DNA from: Eledone cirrhosa
Lineage: Eukaryota
Reading direction: 5' to 3'
NCBI GenBank assembly: GCA_964016885.1
Contig: OZ024743.1
Coordinates: 60,760,001-60,824,000, forward strand
DNA: 64,000 nucleotides
The translations under genes and the position numbers were made by a program. Below are positions 14,333 to 27,800 of the stretch, piece by piece; position 1 is the stretch's first letter; every line of letters starts with the position of its first letter. The notes under the pieces are model-generated. The model made no database searches and was not told where the DNA came from. It was given only the letters and a program-made list of their open reading frames with translations.

Positions 14333-14373
14333 ATCTATAACGACAGGAAGATCATCAATTACAACAAAAACGT

Positions 14374-14730
14374 GGAAGCAGTATGACTGAATGTTTAAGA
14401 TCGTTTTGTGACCATTAAGTCCCGGGTTCGATCCCCCTGTATGGCATCTTGAGAATGTGTTATTTACCATGGCCTCGGGTCGACGCATGTCTTGTGAATG
14501 ATGTCTGGTAGACGAATTCTGTTTGGAAGTCCGTTGGATGAACTGTGCCTGCAATTCAAAGGACCATCTTGTCACATATTGTGTTATACTGAATCTCCCT
14601 GAGACTAGCTTTAAGTGTAAGTATGTCTGTATAATGCTCAGCCACTTACACGTTGATTTCACGTGCAAACTCTTCGTTGACAGAACAACTGGAAAACTCA
14701 ACATCGAAACTGATGAAGGTCCATTCCACT
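14374..14730 (+). mobile_element. tRNA-derived SINE (family B)
   Basis: B-box GGGTTCGATCCC at ~14423; tail aatgctcagccacttacacgttgatttcac is shared with the reverse complement of 58345-58375; (AAC)n end. Confidence 0.75.
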
Positions 14731-14804
14731 ATAAAAACAACAATAACAACAGCATGAATACCTGTAGCGACACCTACCGCCATATTTAGTTTAGTTATAT
14801 AGTG

Positions 14805-14895
14805 AGCTCAGTATTTTACTGCTACTTTATTTTATAGACCCTGGAGGGATGAAATGTAAAGTTAATCTTGGCGGGATTTGAAGTGAGAATATGAA
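14805..14895 (-). mobile_element. SINE family A fragment
   Basis: tactttattttatagaccctggagggatgaaatgtaaagttaatcttggcgggatttgaa matches the family A central domain. Confidence 0.65.
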
Positions 14896-15009
14896 GAAGT
14901 GGAACATTTTGTCCAACACTCAATACCAGCATTACAATAAACAGTGTGGTATATATTGACAAGTAGTATCACAACAACTACATATAGTCATGTGGCAACA
15001 TGTACAGTA

Positions 15010-15011
15010 AT

Positions 15012-15072
<61 letters not shown>

Positions 15073-15198
15073 GTTTTAAGGATATAGTAACAACAAGAAA
15101 AGAATGAGAGGAAGAAGATGGAGACGACGATGATGATGATGACGATGAAGAAGAAGAAGAAGAAGAAGAAGAAGAAGAAGAAGAAGAAGAAGAAGAAG

Positions 15199-15245
<47 letters not shown>

Positions 15246-15420
15246 GAAAAGATGAGAGGTAGAAGATGGAGACGATGATGATGATGACGATGTAGAAGAA
15301 GAAGAAGAAGAAGAAGAAGAATAAGAAGAAGAAGAACAACAACAACAACAACAAGAAGAGGAACAAGAAGAACAAGAAGAACAAGAAAGAGAACAACAAC
15401 GACGACAACGACTACTATGT
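15010..15420. repeat. Compound (AAC)/(GAT)/(GAA) microsatellite, duplicated as a unit
   Basis: aacaagaaaag(a)atgagagg(a/t)agaagatggagacga(c/t)gatgatg occurs at ~15092 and ~15241. Confidence 0.85.
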
Positions 15421-15710
15421 AGTACAAGAACATTGAAGTAAATAGTGATAGCAACAGTAACAATTTGAAGGTAGACAGGGAAAAAAAGAACAACAACACC
15501 AACAATACCACTAGCAATAGTTAGTGACATGGCGATATGTTATACAACTGCAATAGAAGACATGCTGAGTGCCCCATCAAATGTACACACACTTCAACAG
15601 CATTCTAATAGAAGTGTGTATATACTTTTGTGGGGACACTTTAAATATAGTGACAGGAGGAAGAAACAACAGTTATAAGAACAATAGTAGGAATATATAT
15701 AGTGTCAGCA

Positions 15711-15858
15711 GGCGGTAGATTGGCTGAGTCGGTTGAGCGTCGTATAGAATACTTTGTGGTATTTGCTTCAGCTCTCTAGTTCAAATCTTGCCGAGATCAA
15801 TTTTACCTTTCATCCATTCGATGTCGATGAAAAAGTACCAGTCTAATACTAGATTGAT
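15711..15858 (+). mobile_element. SINE family A directly adjoining the satellite
   Basis: A-box tggctgagtcgg 15721-32, B-box agttcaaatc ~15778, central cctttcatccattcgatgtcgatgaaaaagtaccagt. Confidence 0.8.
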
Positions 15859-15861
15859 TCT

Positions 15862-18800
15862 TCATATCTCTTTCTCACTCCCACTCTCTCACTCTCGTCC
15901 TCTATATCTCTCTCACTCCCACTCCTTCACTATCGACCTCCATATCTCTATCTCACTCGTACTCCCCCACTCTTGTCCTCTATATCTCTCACTCACTCCC
16001 ACTCTCTCACTCTCGTCCTCTATATCTCTATCTTACTTCCACTCTCTCACTCTCGTCCTCTATATCTCTATCTCACTCCCACTCTCTCACTCTCGTCCTC
16101 TATATCTCTCTCTCACTTACACTCTCTCACTCTCGTCCTCTATATCTCTATCTCTCTCCCACTCTCTCACTCTCGTCCTCTATATCTCTATCTCACTACC
16201 ACTCTCTCACTCTCGTCCTTTATTTCTCTCTCTCACTCTCACTCTCTCACTCTCGTCCTCTATATCTCTATCTCACTTCCACTCTCTCACTCTCGTCCTC
16301 CATATCTCTCTCTCACTTCCACTCTCTCACTCTCGTCCTCTATATCTCTATCTCACTCCCACTCTCTCACTCTCGTCCTCTATATCTCTATCTCACTCCC
16401 ACTCTTTCACTCTCGTCCTCTATATCTCTCTCTCACTTCCACTCTCTCCCTCTCGACCTCTATATCTCTCTCTCACTTCCACTCTCTCACTCTCGTCCTC
16501 TATATCTCCATCTCACTCCCACTCTCTCACTCTCGTCCTCTATATCTCTATCTCACTCCCACTCTCTCACTCTCGTCCTCTATATCTCTATCTCACTCCC
16601 ACTCTCTCACTATCGTCCTCTATATCTCTCTCTCACTTCCACTCTCTCCCTCTCGACCTCTATATCTCTCTCTCACTTCCACTCTCTCACTCTCGTCCTC
16701 TATATCTCCACCTCACTCCCACTCTCTCACTCTCGTCCTCTATATCTCTCTCTCACTTCCACTCTCTCACTCTCGTCCTCTATATCTCTATCTCACTTCC
16801 ACTCTCTCCCTCTCGACCTCTATATCTCTCACTCACTTCCACTCTCTCCCTCTCGACCTCTATATCTCTCTCTCACTTCCACTCTCTCACTCTCGTCCTC
16901 TATATCTCTCACTCACTCCCACTCTCTCACTCTCGTCCTATATATCTCTCACTCACTTCCACTCACTCACTCACTCTCGTCCTCTATATCTCTCACTCAC
17001 TCCCACTCTCTCACTCTCACTCTCGTCCTCTATATCTCTATCTCACTTCCACTCTCTCACTCTCCTCCTCTATATCTCTATATCACATCCACTCTCTCCC
17101 TCTCGTCCTCTATATCTCTCTCTCACTTCCACTCTCTCACTCTCGTCCTCTATATCTCTCACTCACTCCCACTCTCTCACTCTCGTCCTCTATATCTCTA
17201 TCTCACTTCCACTCTCTCACTCTCGTCCTCCATATCTCTCTCTCACTTCCACTCTCTCACTCTCGTCCTATATATCTCTCACTCACTCCCACTCTCTCCC
17301 TCTCGTCCTCTATATCTCTCTCTCACTTCCACTCTCTCACTCTCGTCCTATATATCTCTCACTCACTCCCACTCTCTCCCTCTCGTCCTCTATATCTCTC
17401 TCTCACTTCCACTCTCTCACTCTCGTCCTCTATATCTCTAACTCACTCCCACTCTCTCACTCTCGTCCTCTATATTTTATCTCACTCTCACTCTCTCACT
17501 CTCGTCCTCTATATCTCTCTCTCACTTCCACTCTCTCACTCTCGTCCTCTATATCTCTCTCTCACTTCCACTCTCTCACTCTCGTCCTCTATATCTCTAT
17601 CTCACTCCCACTCCCTCACTCTCGTCCTCTATATCTCTATCTCCCTCCCACTCTCTCACTCTCACTCTCGTCCTCTATATCTCTATCTCACTCCCACTCC
17701 CTCACTCTCGTCCTCTATATCTCTATCTCACTCCCACTCTCTCAATCTCATCTTCTATATTTCTCTCTCACTTACACTCTCTCACTCTTGACCTCTATAT
17801 CTCAATCTCACTTCCACTCTCTCACTCTCGTCCTCTATATCTCTCACTCACTCCCACTCTCTCACTCTAGTCCTCTATATCTCTCACTCACTTCCACTCT
17901 CTCACTCTCGTCCTATATATCTCTATCTCACTTCCACTCTCTCACTCTCACTCTCGACCTCTATATCTCTCTCACTTCCACTCTCTCACTCTCGTCCTAT
18001 ATATCTCTCACTCACTTCCACTCACTCACTCACTCTCGTCCTCTATATCTCTCACTCACTCCCACTCTCTCACTCTCACTCTCGTCCTCTATATCTCTAT
18101 CTCACTTCCACTCTCTCACTCTCCTCCTCTATATCTCTATATCACTTCCACTCTCTCCCTCTCGTCCTCTATATCTCTCTCTCACTTCCACTCTCTCACT
18201 CTCGTCCTCTATATCTCTCACTCACTCCCACTCTCTCACTCTCGTCCTCTATATCTCTATCTCACTTCCACTCTCTCACTCTCGTCCTCCATATCTCTCT
18301 CTCACTTCCACTCTCTCACTCTCGTCCTATATATCTCTCACTCACTCCCACTCTCTCCCTCTCGTCCTCTATATCTCTCTCTCACTTCCACTCTCTCACT
18401 CTCGTCCTATATATCTCTCACTCACTCCCACTCTCTCCCTCTCGTCCTCTATATCTCTCTCTCACTTCCACTCTCTCACTCTCGTCCTCTATATCTCTAA
18501 CTCACTCCCACTCTCTCACTCTCGTCCTCTATATTTTATCTCACTCTCACTCTCTCACTCTCGTCCTCTATATCTCTCTCTCACTTCCACTCTCTCACTC
18601 TCGTCCTCTATATCTCTCTCTCACTTCCACTCTCTCACTCTCGTCCTCTATATCTCTATCTCACTCCCACTCCCTCACTCTCGTCCTCTATATCTCTATC
18701 TCCCTCCCACTCTCTCACTCTCACTCTCGTCCTCTATATCTCTATCTCACTCCCACTCCCTCACTCTCGTCCTCTATATCTCTATCTCACTCCCACTCTC

Positions 18801-21800
18801 TCAATCTCATCTTCTATATTTCTCTCTCACTTACACTCTCTCACTCTTGACCTCTATATCTCAATCTCACTTCCACTCTCTCACTCTCGTCCTCTATATC
18901 TCTCACTCACTCCCACTCTCTCACTCTAGTCCTCTATATCTCTCACTCACTTCCTCTCTCTCACTCTCGTCCTATATATCTCTATCTCACTTCCACTCTC
19001 TCACTCTCACTCTCGACCTCTATATCTCTCTCACTTCCACTCTCTTGCTCTCGCCTTCTATATCTCTCTCTCACTTCCACTCTCTCACTCTCGTCCTCTA
19101 TATCTCTCACTCACTTCCACTCTCTCACTCTCGTCCTCTATATCTCTCTCTCACTCCCATTCTCTCACTCTCACTCTCGTCCTCTATATGTCTCTCTCAC
19201 TTCAACTCTCTCACTCTCGTCCTCGATATCTCTATCTCACTTGTACTCTCTAACTCTCGTCCTCAATATCTATATCTCATTCCCTCTCTCTCCCTCTCGA
19301 CCTCTATATATCTATCTCCCTCCCACTCTCTTACTCTCGCCCTCTATATCTCTCTCTCACTTCCACTCTCTCCCTCTCGACCTGTATATCTCTATCTCAC
19401 TTCCACTCTCTCACTCTCGACCTCTATATCCCTATCTCACTCCCACTCTCTCACTCTCGTCCTCTAGATCTCTATCTCACTCCCACTTTTTCACTCTCGT
19501 CCTCTATATCTCTATCTCACTTGTACTCTCTCACTCTCGTCCTCTATATCTCTATCTCACTTCCACTCTCTCCCTCTCGACCTCTATATCTCTCTCTCAC
19601 TTCCACTCTCGTTCTCGACCTCTATATCTCTCTCTCACTTCCACTCTCTCACTCTCGTCCTCTATATCTCAATCTCACGTCCACTCTCTCACTCTCGTCC
19701 TCTATATCTCTCACTCATTCCCACTCTCTCACTCTCGTCCTCTATATCTCTATCTCACTTCCACTCTCTCACTCTCGTCCTCTATATCTCAATCTCATTC
19801 CCACTCTCTCACTCTCGTCCTCTATATCTCTATCTCTCTTCCACTCTCTCACTCTCGACCTCTATATCTCTATCTCACTTCCACTCTGTCATTCTCGTCC
19901 TTTATATCTCTCACTCACTCCCACTCTCTCACTCTCGTCCCCTATATATATATCTCACTTCCACTCTCTCACTCTCGTCCTCTATATCTCTCTCTAACTT
20001 CCACTCTCTCATTCTCGTCCTCTATATCTCTCACTCACTCCCACTCTCTCACTCTCGTCCTCTATATCTCTATCTCACTTCCACTCTCTCACTCTCGTCC
20101 TCTTTTTCTCTATCTCACTCCCACTCTCTCACTCTCGTCCTCTATATCTCTCAGTCACTCCCACTCTCTCTCTCTCGTCCTCTATATCTCTCAGTCACTT
20201 CCACTCTCTCAGTCTCGTCCCCTATATATCTCTCTCTCACTTCCACTCTCTCACTCTCGTCCTCTATATCTCTCACTCACTTCCACTCTCTCACTCTCGT
20301 CCTCTATATCTCTATCTCACTCCCACTCTCTCACTCTCGTCCTCTATATGTCTATCTCACTTACACTTTCTCACTCTTGACCTCTATATCTCTCTCTCAC
20401 TTCCACTCTCTCACTCTCGTCCTCTATATCTCTCTCTCACTTCCACTCTCTCATTCTTGTCCTCTATATCTCTCACTCACTCCCACTCTCTCACTCTCGT
20501 CCTCTATATCTCTATCTCACTTCCACTCTCTCACTCTCGTCCTCTATATCTCTCACTCACTCCCACGCTCTCACTCTCGTCCTCTATATCTCTATCTCAC
20601 TTCCACTCTCTCACTCTCGTCCTCTATATCTCTCACTCACTCCCACTCTCTCACTCTCGTCCTCTATATCTCTATCTCACTTCCACTCTCTCACTCTCAC
20701 TCTCGTCCTCTATATCTCTCTCTCACTTCCACTCTCTCACTCTCGTCCTCCATATCTCTCACCCACTCCCACTCTCTCACTCTCGTCCTCTATATCTCCA
20801 CCTCACTCCCACTCTCTCACTCTCGTCCTCTATATCTCTCTCTCACTTCCACTCTCTCACTCTCGTCCTCTATATCTCTATCTCACTTCCACTCTCTCCC
20901 TCTCGACCTCTATATCTCTCACTCACTTCCACTCTCTCCCTCTCGACCTCTATATCTCTCTCTCACTTCCACTCTCTCACTCTCGTCCTCTATATCTCTC
21001 ACTCACTCCCACTCTCTCACTCTCGTCCTATATATCTCTCACTCACTTCCACTCACTCACTCACTCTCGTCCTCTATATCTCTCACTCACTCCCACTCTC
21101 TCACTCTCACTCTCGTCCTCTATATCTCTATCTCACTTCCACTCTCTCACTCTCCTCCTCTATATCTCTATATCACATCCACTCTCTCCCTCTCGTCCTC
21201 TATATCTCTCTCTCACTTCCACTCTCTCACTCTCGTCCTCTATATCTCTCACTCACTCCCACTCTCTCACTCTCGTCCTCTATATCTCTATCTCACTTCC
21301 ACTCTCTCACTCTCGTCCTCCATATCTCTCTCTCACTTCCACTCTCTCACTCTCGTCCTATATATCTCTCACTCACTCCCACTCTCTCCCTCTCGTCCTC
21401 TATATCTCTCTCTCACTTCCACTCTCTCACTCTCGTCCTATATATCTCTCACTCACTCCCACTCTCTCCCTCTCGTCCTCTATATCTCTCTCTCACTTCC
21501 ACTCTCTCACTCTCGTCCTCTATATCTCTAACTCACTCCCACTCTCTCACTCTCGTCCTCTATATTTTATCTCACTCTCACTCTCTCACTCTCGTCCTCT
21601 ATATCTCTCTCTCACTTCCACTCTCTCACTCTCGTCCTCTATATCTCTCTCTCACTTCCACTCTCTCACTCTCGTCCTCTATATCTCTATCTCACTCCCA
21701 CTCCCTCACTCTCGTCCTCTATATCTCTATCTCCCTCCCACTCTCTCACTCTCACTCTCGTCCTCTATATCTCTATCTCACTCCCACTCCCTCACTCTCG

Positions 21801-24800
21801 TCCTCTATATCTCTATCTCACTCCCACTCTCTCAATCTCATCTTCTATATTTCTCTCTCACTTACACTCTCTCACTCTTGACCTCTATATCTCAATCTCA
21901 CTTCCACTCTCTCACTCTCGTCCTCTATATCTCTCACTCACTCCCACTCTCTCACTCTAGTCCTCTATATCTCTCACTCACTTCCACTCTCTCACTCTCG
22001 TCCTATATATCTCTATCTCACTTCCACTCTCTCACTCTCACTCTCGACCTCTATATCTCTCTCACTTCCACTCTCTCACTCTCGTCCTATATATCTCTCA
22101 CTCACTTCCACTCACTCACTCACTCTCGTCCTCTATATCTCTCACTCACTCCCACTCTCTCACTCTCACTCTCGTCCTCTATATCTCTATCTCACTTCCA
22201 CTCTCTCACTCTCCTCCTCTATATCTCTATATCACTTCCACTCTCTCCCTCTCGTCCTCTATATCTCTCTCTCACTTCCACTCTCTCACTCTCGTCCTCT
22301 ATATCTCTCACTCACTCCCACTCTCTCACTCTCGTCCTCTATATCTCTATCTCACTTCCACTCTCTCACTCTCGTCCTCCATATCTCTCTCTCACTTCCA
22401 CTCTCTCACTCTCGTCCTATATATCTCTCACTCACTCCCACTCTCTCCCTCTCGTCCTCTATATCTCTCTCTCACTTCCACTCTCTCACTCTCGTCCTCT
22501 ATATCTCTAACTCACTCCCACTCTCTCACTCTCGTCCTCTATATTTTATCTCACTCTCACTCTCTCACTCTCGTCCTCTATATCTCTCTCTCACTTCCAC
22601 TCTCTCACTCTCGTCCTCTATATCTCTCTCTCACTTCCACTCTCTCACTCTCGTCCTCTATATCTCTATCTCACTCCCACTCCCTCACTCTCGTCCTCTA
22701 TATCTCTATCTCCCTCCCACTCTCTCACTCTCACTCTCGTCCTCTATATCTCTATCTCACTCCCACTCCCTCACTCTCGTCCTCTATATCTCTATCTCAC
22801 TCCCACTCTCTCAATCTCATGTTCTATATTTCTCTCTCACTTACACTCTCTCACTCTTGACCTCTATATCTCAATCTCACTTCCACTCTCTCACTCTCGT
22901 CCTCTATATCTCTCACTCACTCCCACTCTCTCACTCTAGTCCTCTATATCTCTCACTCACTTCCTCTCTCTCACTCTCGTCCTATATATCTCTATCTCAC
23001 TTCCACTCTCTCACTCTCACTCTCGACCTCTATATCTCTCTCACTTCCACTCTCTTGCTCTCGCCTTCTATATCTCTCTCTCACTTCCACTCTCTCACTC
23101 TCGTCCTCTATATCTCTCTCTCACTCCCATTCTCTCACTCTCACTCTCGTCCTCTATATGTCTCTCTCACTTCAACTCTCTCACTCTCGTCCTCGATATC
23201 TCTATCTCACTTGTACTCTCTAACTCTCGTCCTCAATATCTATATCTCATTCCCTCTCTCTCCCTCTCGACCTCTATATATCTATCTCCCTCCCACTCTC
23301 TCACTCTCGCCCTCTATATCTCTCTCTCACTTCCACTCTCTCCCTCTCGACCTGTATATCTCTATCTCACTTCCACTCTCTCACTCTCGACCTCTATATC
23401 CCTATCTCACTCCCACTCTCTCACTCTCGTCCTCTAGATCTCTATCTCACTCCCACTTTTTCACTCTCGTCCTCTATATCTCTATCTCACTTGTACTCTC
23501 TCACTCTCGTCCTCTATATCTCTATCTCACTTCCACTCTCTCCCTCTCGACCTCTATATCTCTCTCTCACTTCCACTCTCGTTCTCGACCTCTATATCTC
23601 TCTCTCACTTCCACTCTCTCACTCTCGTCCTCTATATCTCAATCTCACGTCCACTCTCTCACTCTCGTCCTCTATATCTCTCACTCATTCCCACTCTCTC
23701 ACTCTCGTCCTCTATATCTCTATCTCACTTCCACTCTCTCACTCTCGTCCTCTATATCTCAATCTCATTCCCACTCTCTCACTCTCGTCCTCTATATCTC
23801 TATCTCTCTTCCACTCTCTCACTCTCGACCTCTATATCTCTATCTCACTTCCACTCTGTCATTCTCGTCCTTTATATCTCTCACTCACTCCCACTCTCTC
23901 ACTCTCGTCCCCTATATATATATCTCACTTCCACTCTCTCACTCTCGTCCTCTATATCTCTCTCTAACTTCCACTCTCTCATTCTCGTCCTCTATATCTC
24001 TCACTCACTCCCACTCTCTCACTCTCGTCCTCTATATCTCTATCTCACTTCCACTCTCTCACTCTCGTCCTCTTTTTCTCTATCTCACTCCCACTCTCTC
24101 ACTCTCGTCCTCTATATCTCTCAGTCACTCCCACTCTCTCTCTCTCGTCCTCTATATCTCTCAGTCACTTCCACTCTCTCACTCTCGTCCCCTATATATC
24201 TCTCTCTCACTTCCACTCTCTCACTCTCGTCCTCTATATCTCTCACTCACTTCCACTCTCTCACTCTCGTCCTCTATATCCCTATCTCACTCCCACTCTC
24301 TCACTCTCGTCCTCTATATGTCTATCTCACTTACACTTTCTCACTCTTGACCTCTATATCTCTCTCTCACTTCCACTCTCTCACTCTCGTCCTCTATATC
24401 TCTCTCTCACTTCCACTCTCTCATTCTCGTCCTCTATATCTCTCACTCACTCCCACTCTCTCACTCTCGTCCTCTATATCTCTATCTCACTTCCACTCTC
24501 TCACTCTCGTCCTCTATATCTCTCACTCACTCCCACGCTCTCACTCTCGTCCTCTATATCTCTATCTCACTTCCACTCTCTCACTCTCGTCCTCTATATC
24601 TCTCACTCACTCCCACTCTCTCACTCTCGTCCTCTATATCTCTATCTCACTTCCACTCTCTCACTCTCACTCTCGTCCTCTATATCTCTCTCTCACTTCC
24701 ACTCTCTCACTCTCGTCCTCTATATCTCTCACTCACTTCAGCTCTCTCACTCTCGTCCTCTATATCTCTCTCTCACTCCCATTCTCTCACTCTCACTCTC

Positions 24801-27800
24801 GTCCTCTATATCCCTATGTCACTCACACTCTCTCACTCTCGTCCTCTAGATCTCTATCTCACTCCCACTTTTTCACTCTCGTCCTCTATATCTCTATCTC
24901 ACTTGTACTCTCTCACTCTCGTCCTCTATATCTCTATCTCACTTCCACTCTCTCCCTCTCGACCTCTATATCTCTCTCTCACTTCCACTCTCTCATTCTC
25001 GACCTCTATATCTCAATCTCACGTCCACTCTCTCACTCTCGTCCTCGATATCTCTCACTCATTCCCACTCTCTCACTCTCGTCCTCTATATCTCTATCTC
25101 ACTTCCACTCTCTCACTCTCGTCCTCTATATCTCAATCTCACGTCCACTCTCTCACTCTCGTCCTATATATCTCTCACTCACTCCCACTCTCTCACTCTC
25201 GTCCTCTATATCTCTATCTCACTTCCACTCTCTCACTCTCGTCCTCTTTTTCTCCATCTCACTCCCACTCTCTCACTCTCGTCCTCTATATCTCTCAGTC
25301 ACTCCCACTCTCTCACTCTCGTCCTCTATATCTCTCAGTCACTTCCACTCTCTCACTCTCGTCCCCTATATATCTCTCTCTCACTTCCACTCTCTCACTC
25401 TCGTCCTCTATATCTCTCACTCACTTCCACTCTCTCACTCTCGTCCTCTATATCTCTATCTCACTCCCACTCTCTCACTCTCGTCCTCTATATGTCTATC
25501 TCACTTACACTCTCTCACTCTTGACCTCTATATCTCTCTCTCACTTCCACTCTCTCACTCTCGTCCTCTATATCTCTCTCTCACTTCCACTCTCTCATTC
25601 TCGTCCTCTATATCTCTCACTCACTCCCACTCTCTCACTCTCGTCCTCTATATCTCTATCTCACTTCCACTCTCTCACTCTCGTCCTCTATATCTCTCAC
25701 TCACTCCCACTCTCTCACTCTCGTCCTCTATATCTCTATCTCACTTCCACTCTCTCACTCTCGTCCTCTATATCTCTATCTCACTTCCACTCTCTCCCTC
25801 TCGACCTCTATATCTCTCACTCACTTCCACTCTCTCCCTCTCGACCTCTATATCTCTCTCTCACTTCCACTCTCTCACTCTCGTCCTCTATATCTCTCAC
25901 TCACTCCCACTCTCTCAATCTCGTCCTATATATCTCTCACTCACTTCCACTCACTCACTCACTCTCGTCCTCTATATCTCTCACTCACTCCCACTCTCTC
26001 ACTCTCACTCTCGTCCTCTATATCTCTATCTCACTTCCACTCTCTCACTCTCCTCCTCTATATCTCTATATCACTTCCACTCTCTCCCTCTCGTCCTCTA
26101 TATCTCTCTCTCACTTCCACTCTCTCACTCTCGTCCTCTATATCTCTCACTCACTCCCACTCTCTCACTCTCGTCCTCTATATCTCTATCTCACTTCCAC
26201 TCTCTCACTCTCGTCCTCCATATCTCTCTCTCACTTCCACTCTCTCACTCTCGTCCTATATATCTCTCACTCACTCCCACTCTCTCCCTCTCGTCCTCTA
26301 TATCTCTCTCTCACTTCCACTCTCTCACTCTCGTCCTATATATCTCTCACTCACTCCCACTCTCTCCCTCTCGTCCTCTATATCTCTCTCTCACTTCCAC
26401 TCTCTCACTCTCGTCCTCTATATCTCTAACTCACTCCCAATCTCTCACTCTCGTCCTCTATATTTTATCTCACTCTCACTCTCTCACTCTCGTCCTCTAT
26501 ATCTCTCTCTCACTTCCACTCTCTCACTCTCGTCCTCTATATCTCTCTCTCACTTCCACTCTCTCACTCTCGTCCTCTATATCTATATCTCACTCCCACT
26601 CCCTCACTCTCGTCCTCTATATCTCTATCTCCCTCCCACTCTCTCACTCTCACTCTCATCCTCTATATCTCTATCTCACTCCCACTCCCTCACTCTCGTC
26701 CTCTATATCTCTATCTCACTCCCACTCTCTCAATCTCATCTTCTATATTTCTCTCTCACTTACACTCTCTCACTCTTGACCTCTATATCTCAATCTCACT
26801 TCCACTCTCTCACTCTCGTCCTCTATATCTCTCACTCACTCCCACTCTCTCACTCTAGTCCTCTATATCTCTCACTCACTTCCACTCTCTCACTCTCGTC
26901 CTATATATCTCTATCTCACTTCCACTCTCTCACTCTCACTCTCGACCTCTATATCTCTCTCACTTCCACTCTCTTGCTCTCGCCTTCTATATCTCTCTCT
27001 CACTTCCACTCTCTCACTCTCGTCCTCTATATCTCTCACTCACTTCCACTCTCTCACTCTCGTCCTCTATATCTCTCTCTCACTCCCATTCTCTCACTCT
27101 CACTCTCGTCCTCTATATGTCTCTCCCACTTCAAGTCTCTCACTCTCGTCCTCGATATCTCTATCTCACTTGTACTCTCTAACTCTCGTCCTCAATATCT
27201 ATATCTCATTCCCTCTCTCTCCCTCTCGACCTCTATATATCTATCTCCCTCCCACTCTCTCACTCTCGCCCTCTATATCTCTCTCTCACTTCCACTCTCT
27301 CCCTCTCGACCTCTATATCTCTATCTCACTTCCACTCTCTCACTCTCGACCTCTATATCCCTATCTCACTCCCACTCTCTCACTCTCGTCCTCTAGATCT
27401 CTATCTCACTCCCACTTTTTCACTCTCGTCCTCTATATCTCTATCTCACTTGTACTCTCTCACTCTCGTCCTCTATATCTCTATCTCACTTCCACTCTCT
27501 CCCTCTCGACCTCTATATCTCTCTCTCACTTCCACTCTCTCATTCTCGACCTCTATATCTCTATCTAACTCCCACTTTTTCACTCTCGTCCTCTATATCT
27601 CTATCTCACTTCCACTCTCTCCCTCTCGACCTCTATATCTCTCTCTCACTTCCACTCTCGTTCTCGACCTCTATATCTCTCTCTCACTTCCACTCTCTCA
27701 CTCTCGTCCTCTATATCTCAATCTCACGTCCACTCTCTCACTCTCGTCCTCTATATCTCTCACTCATTCCCACTCTCTCACTCTCGTCCTCTATATCTCT

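Noticed and set aside
15711-15795. tRNA gene
   Set aside because: A/B boxes are present but continue into the SINE body; no cloverleaf.
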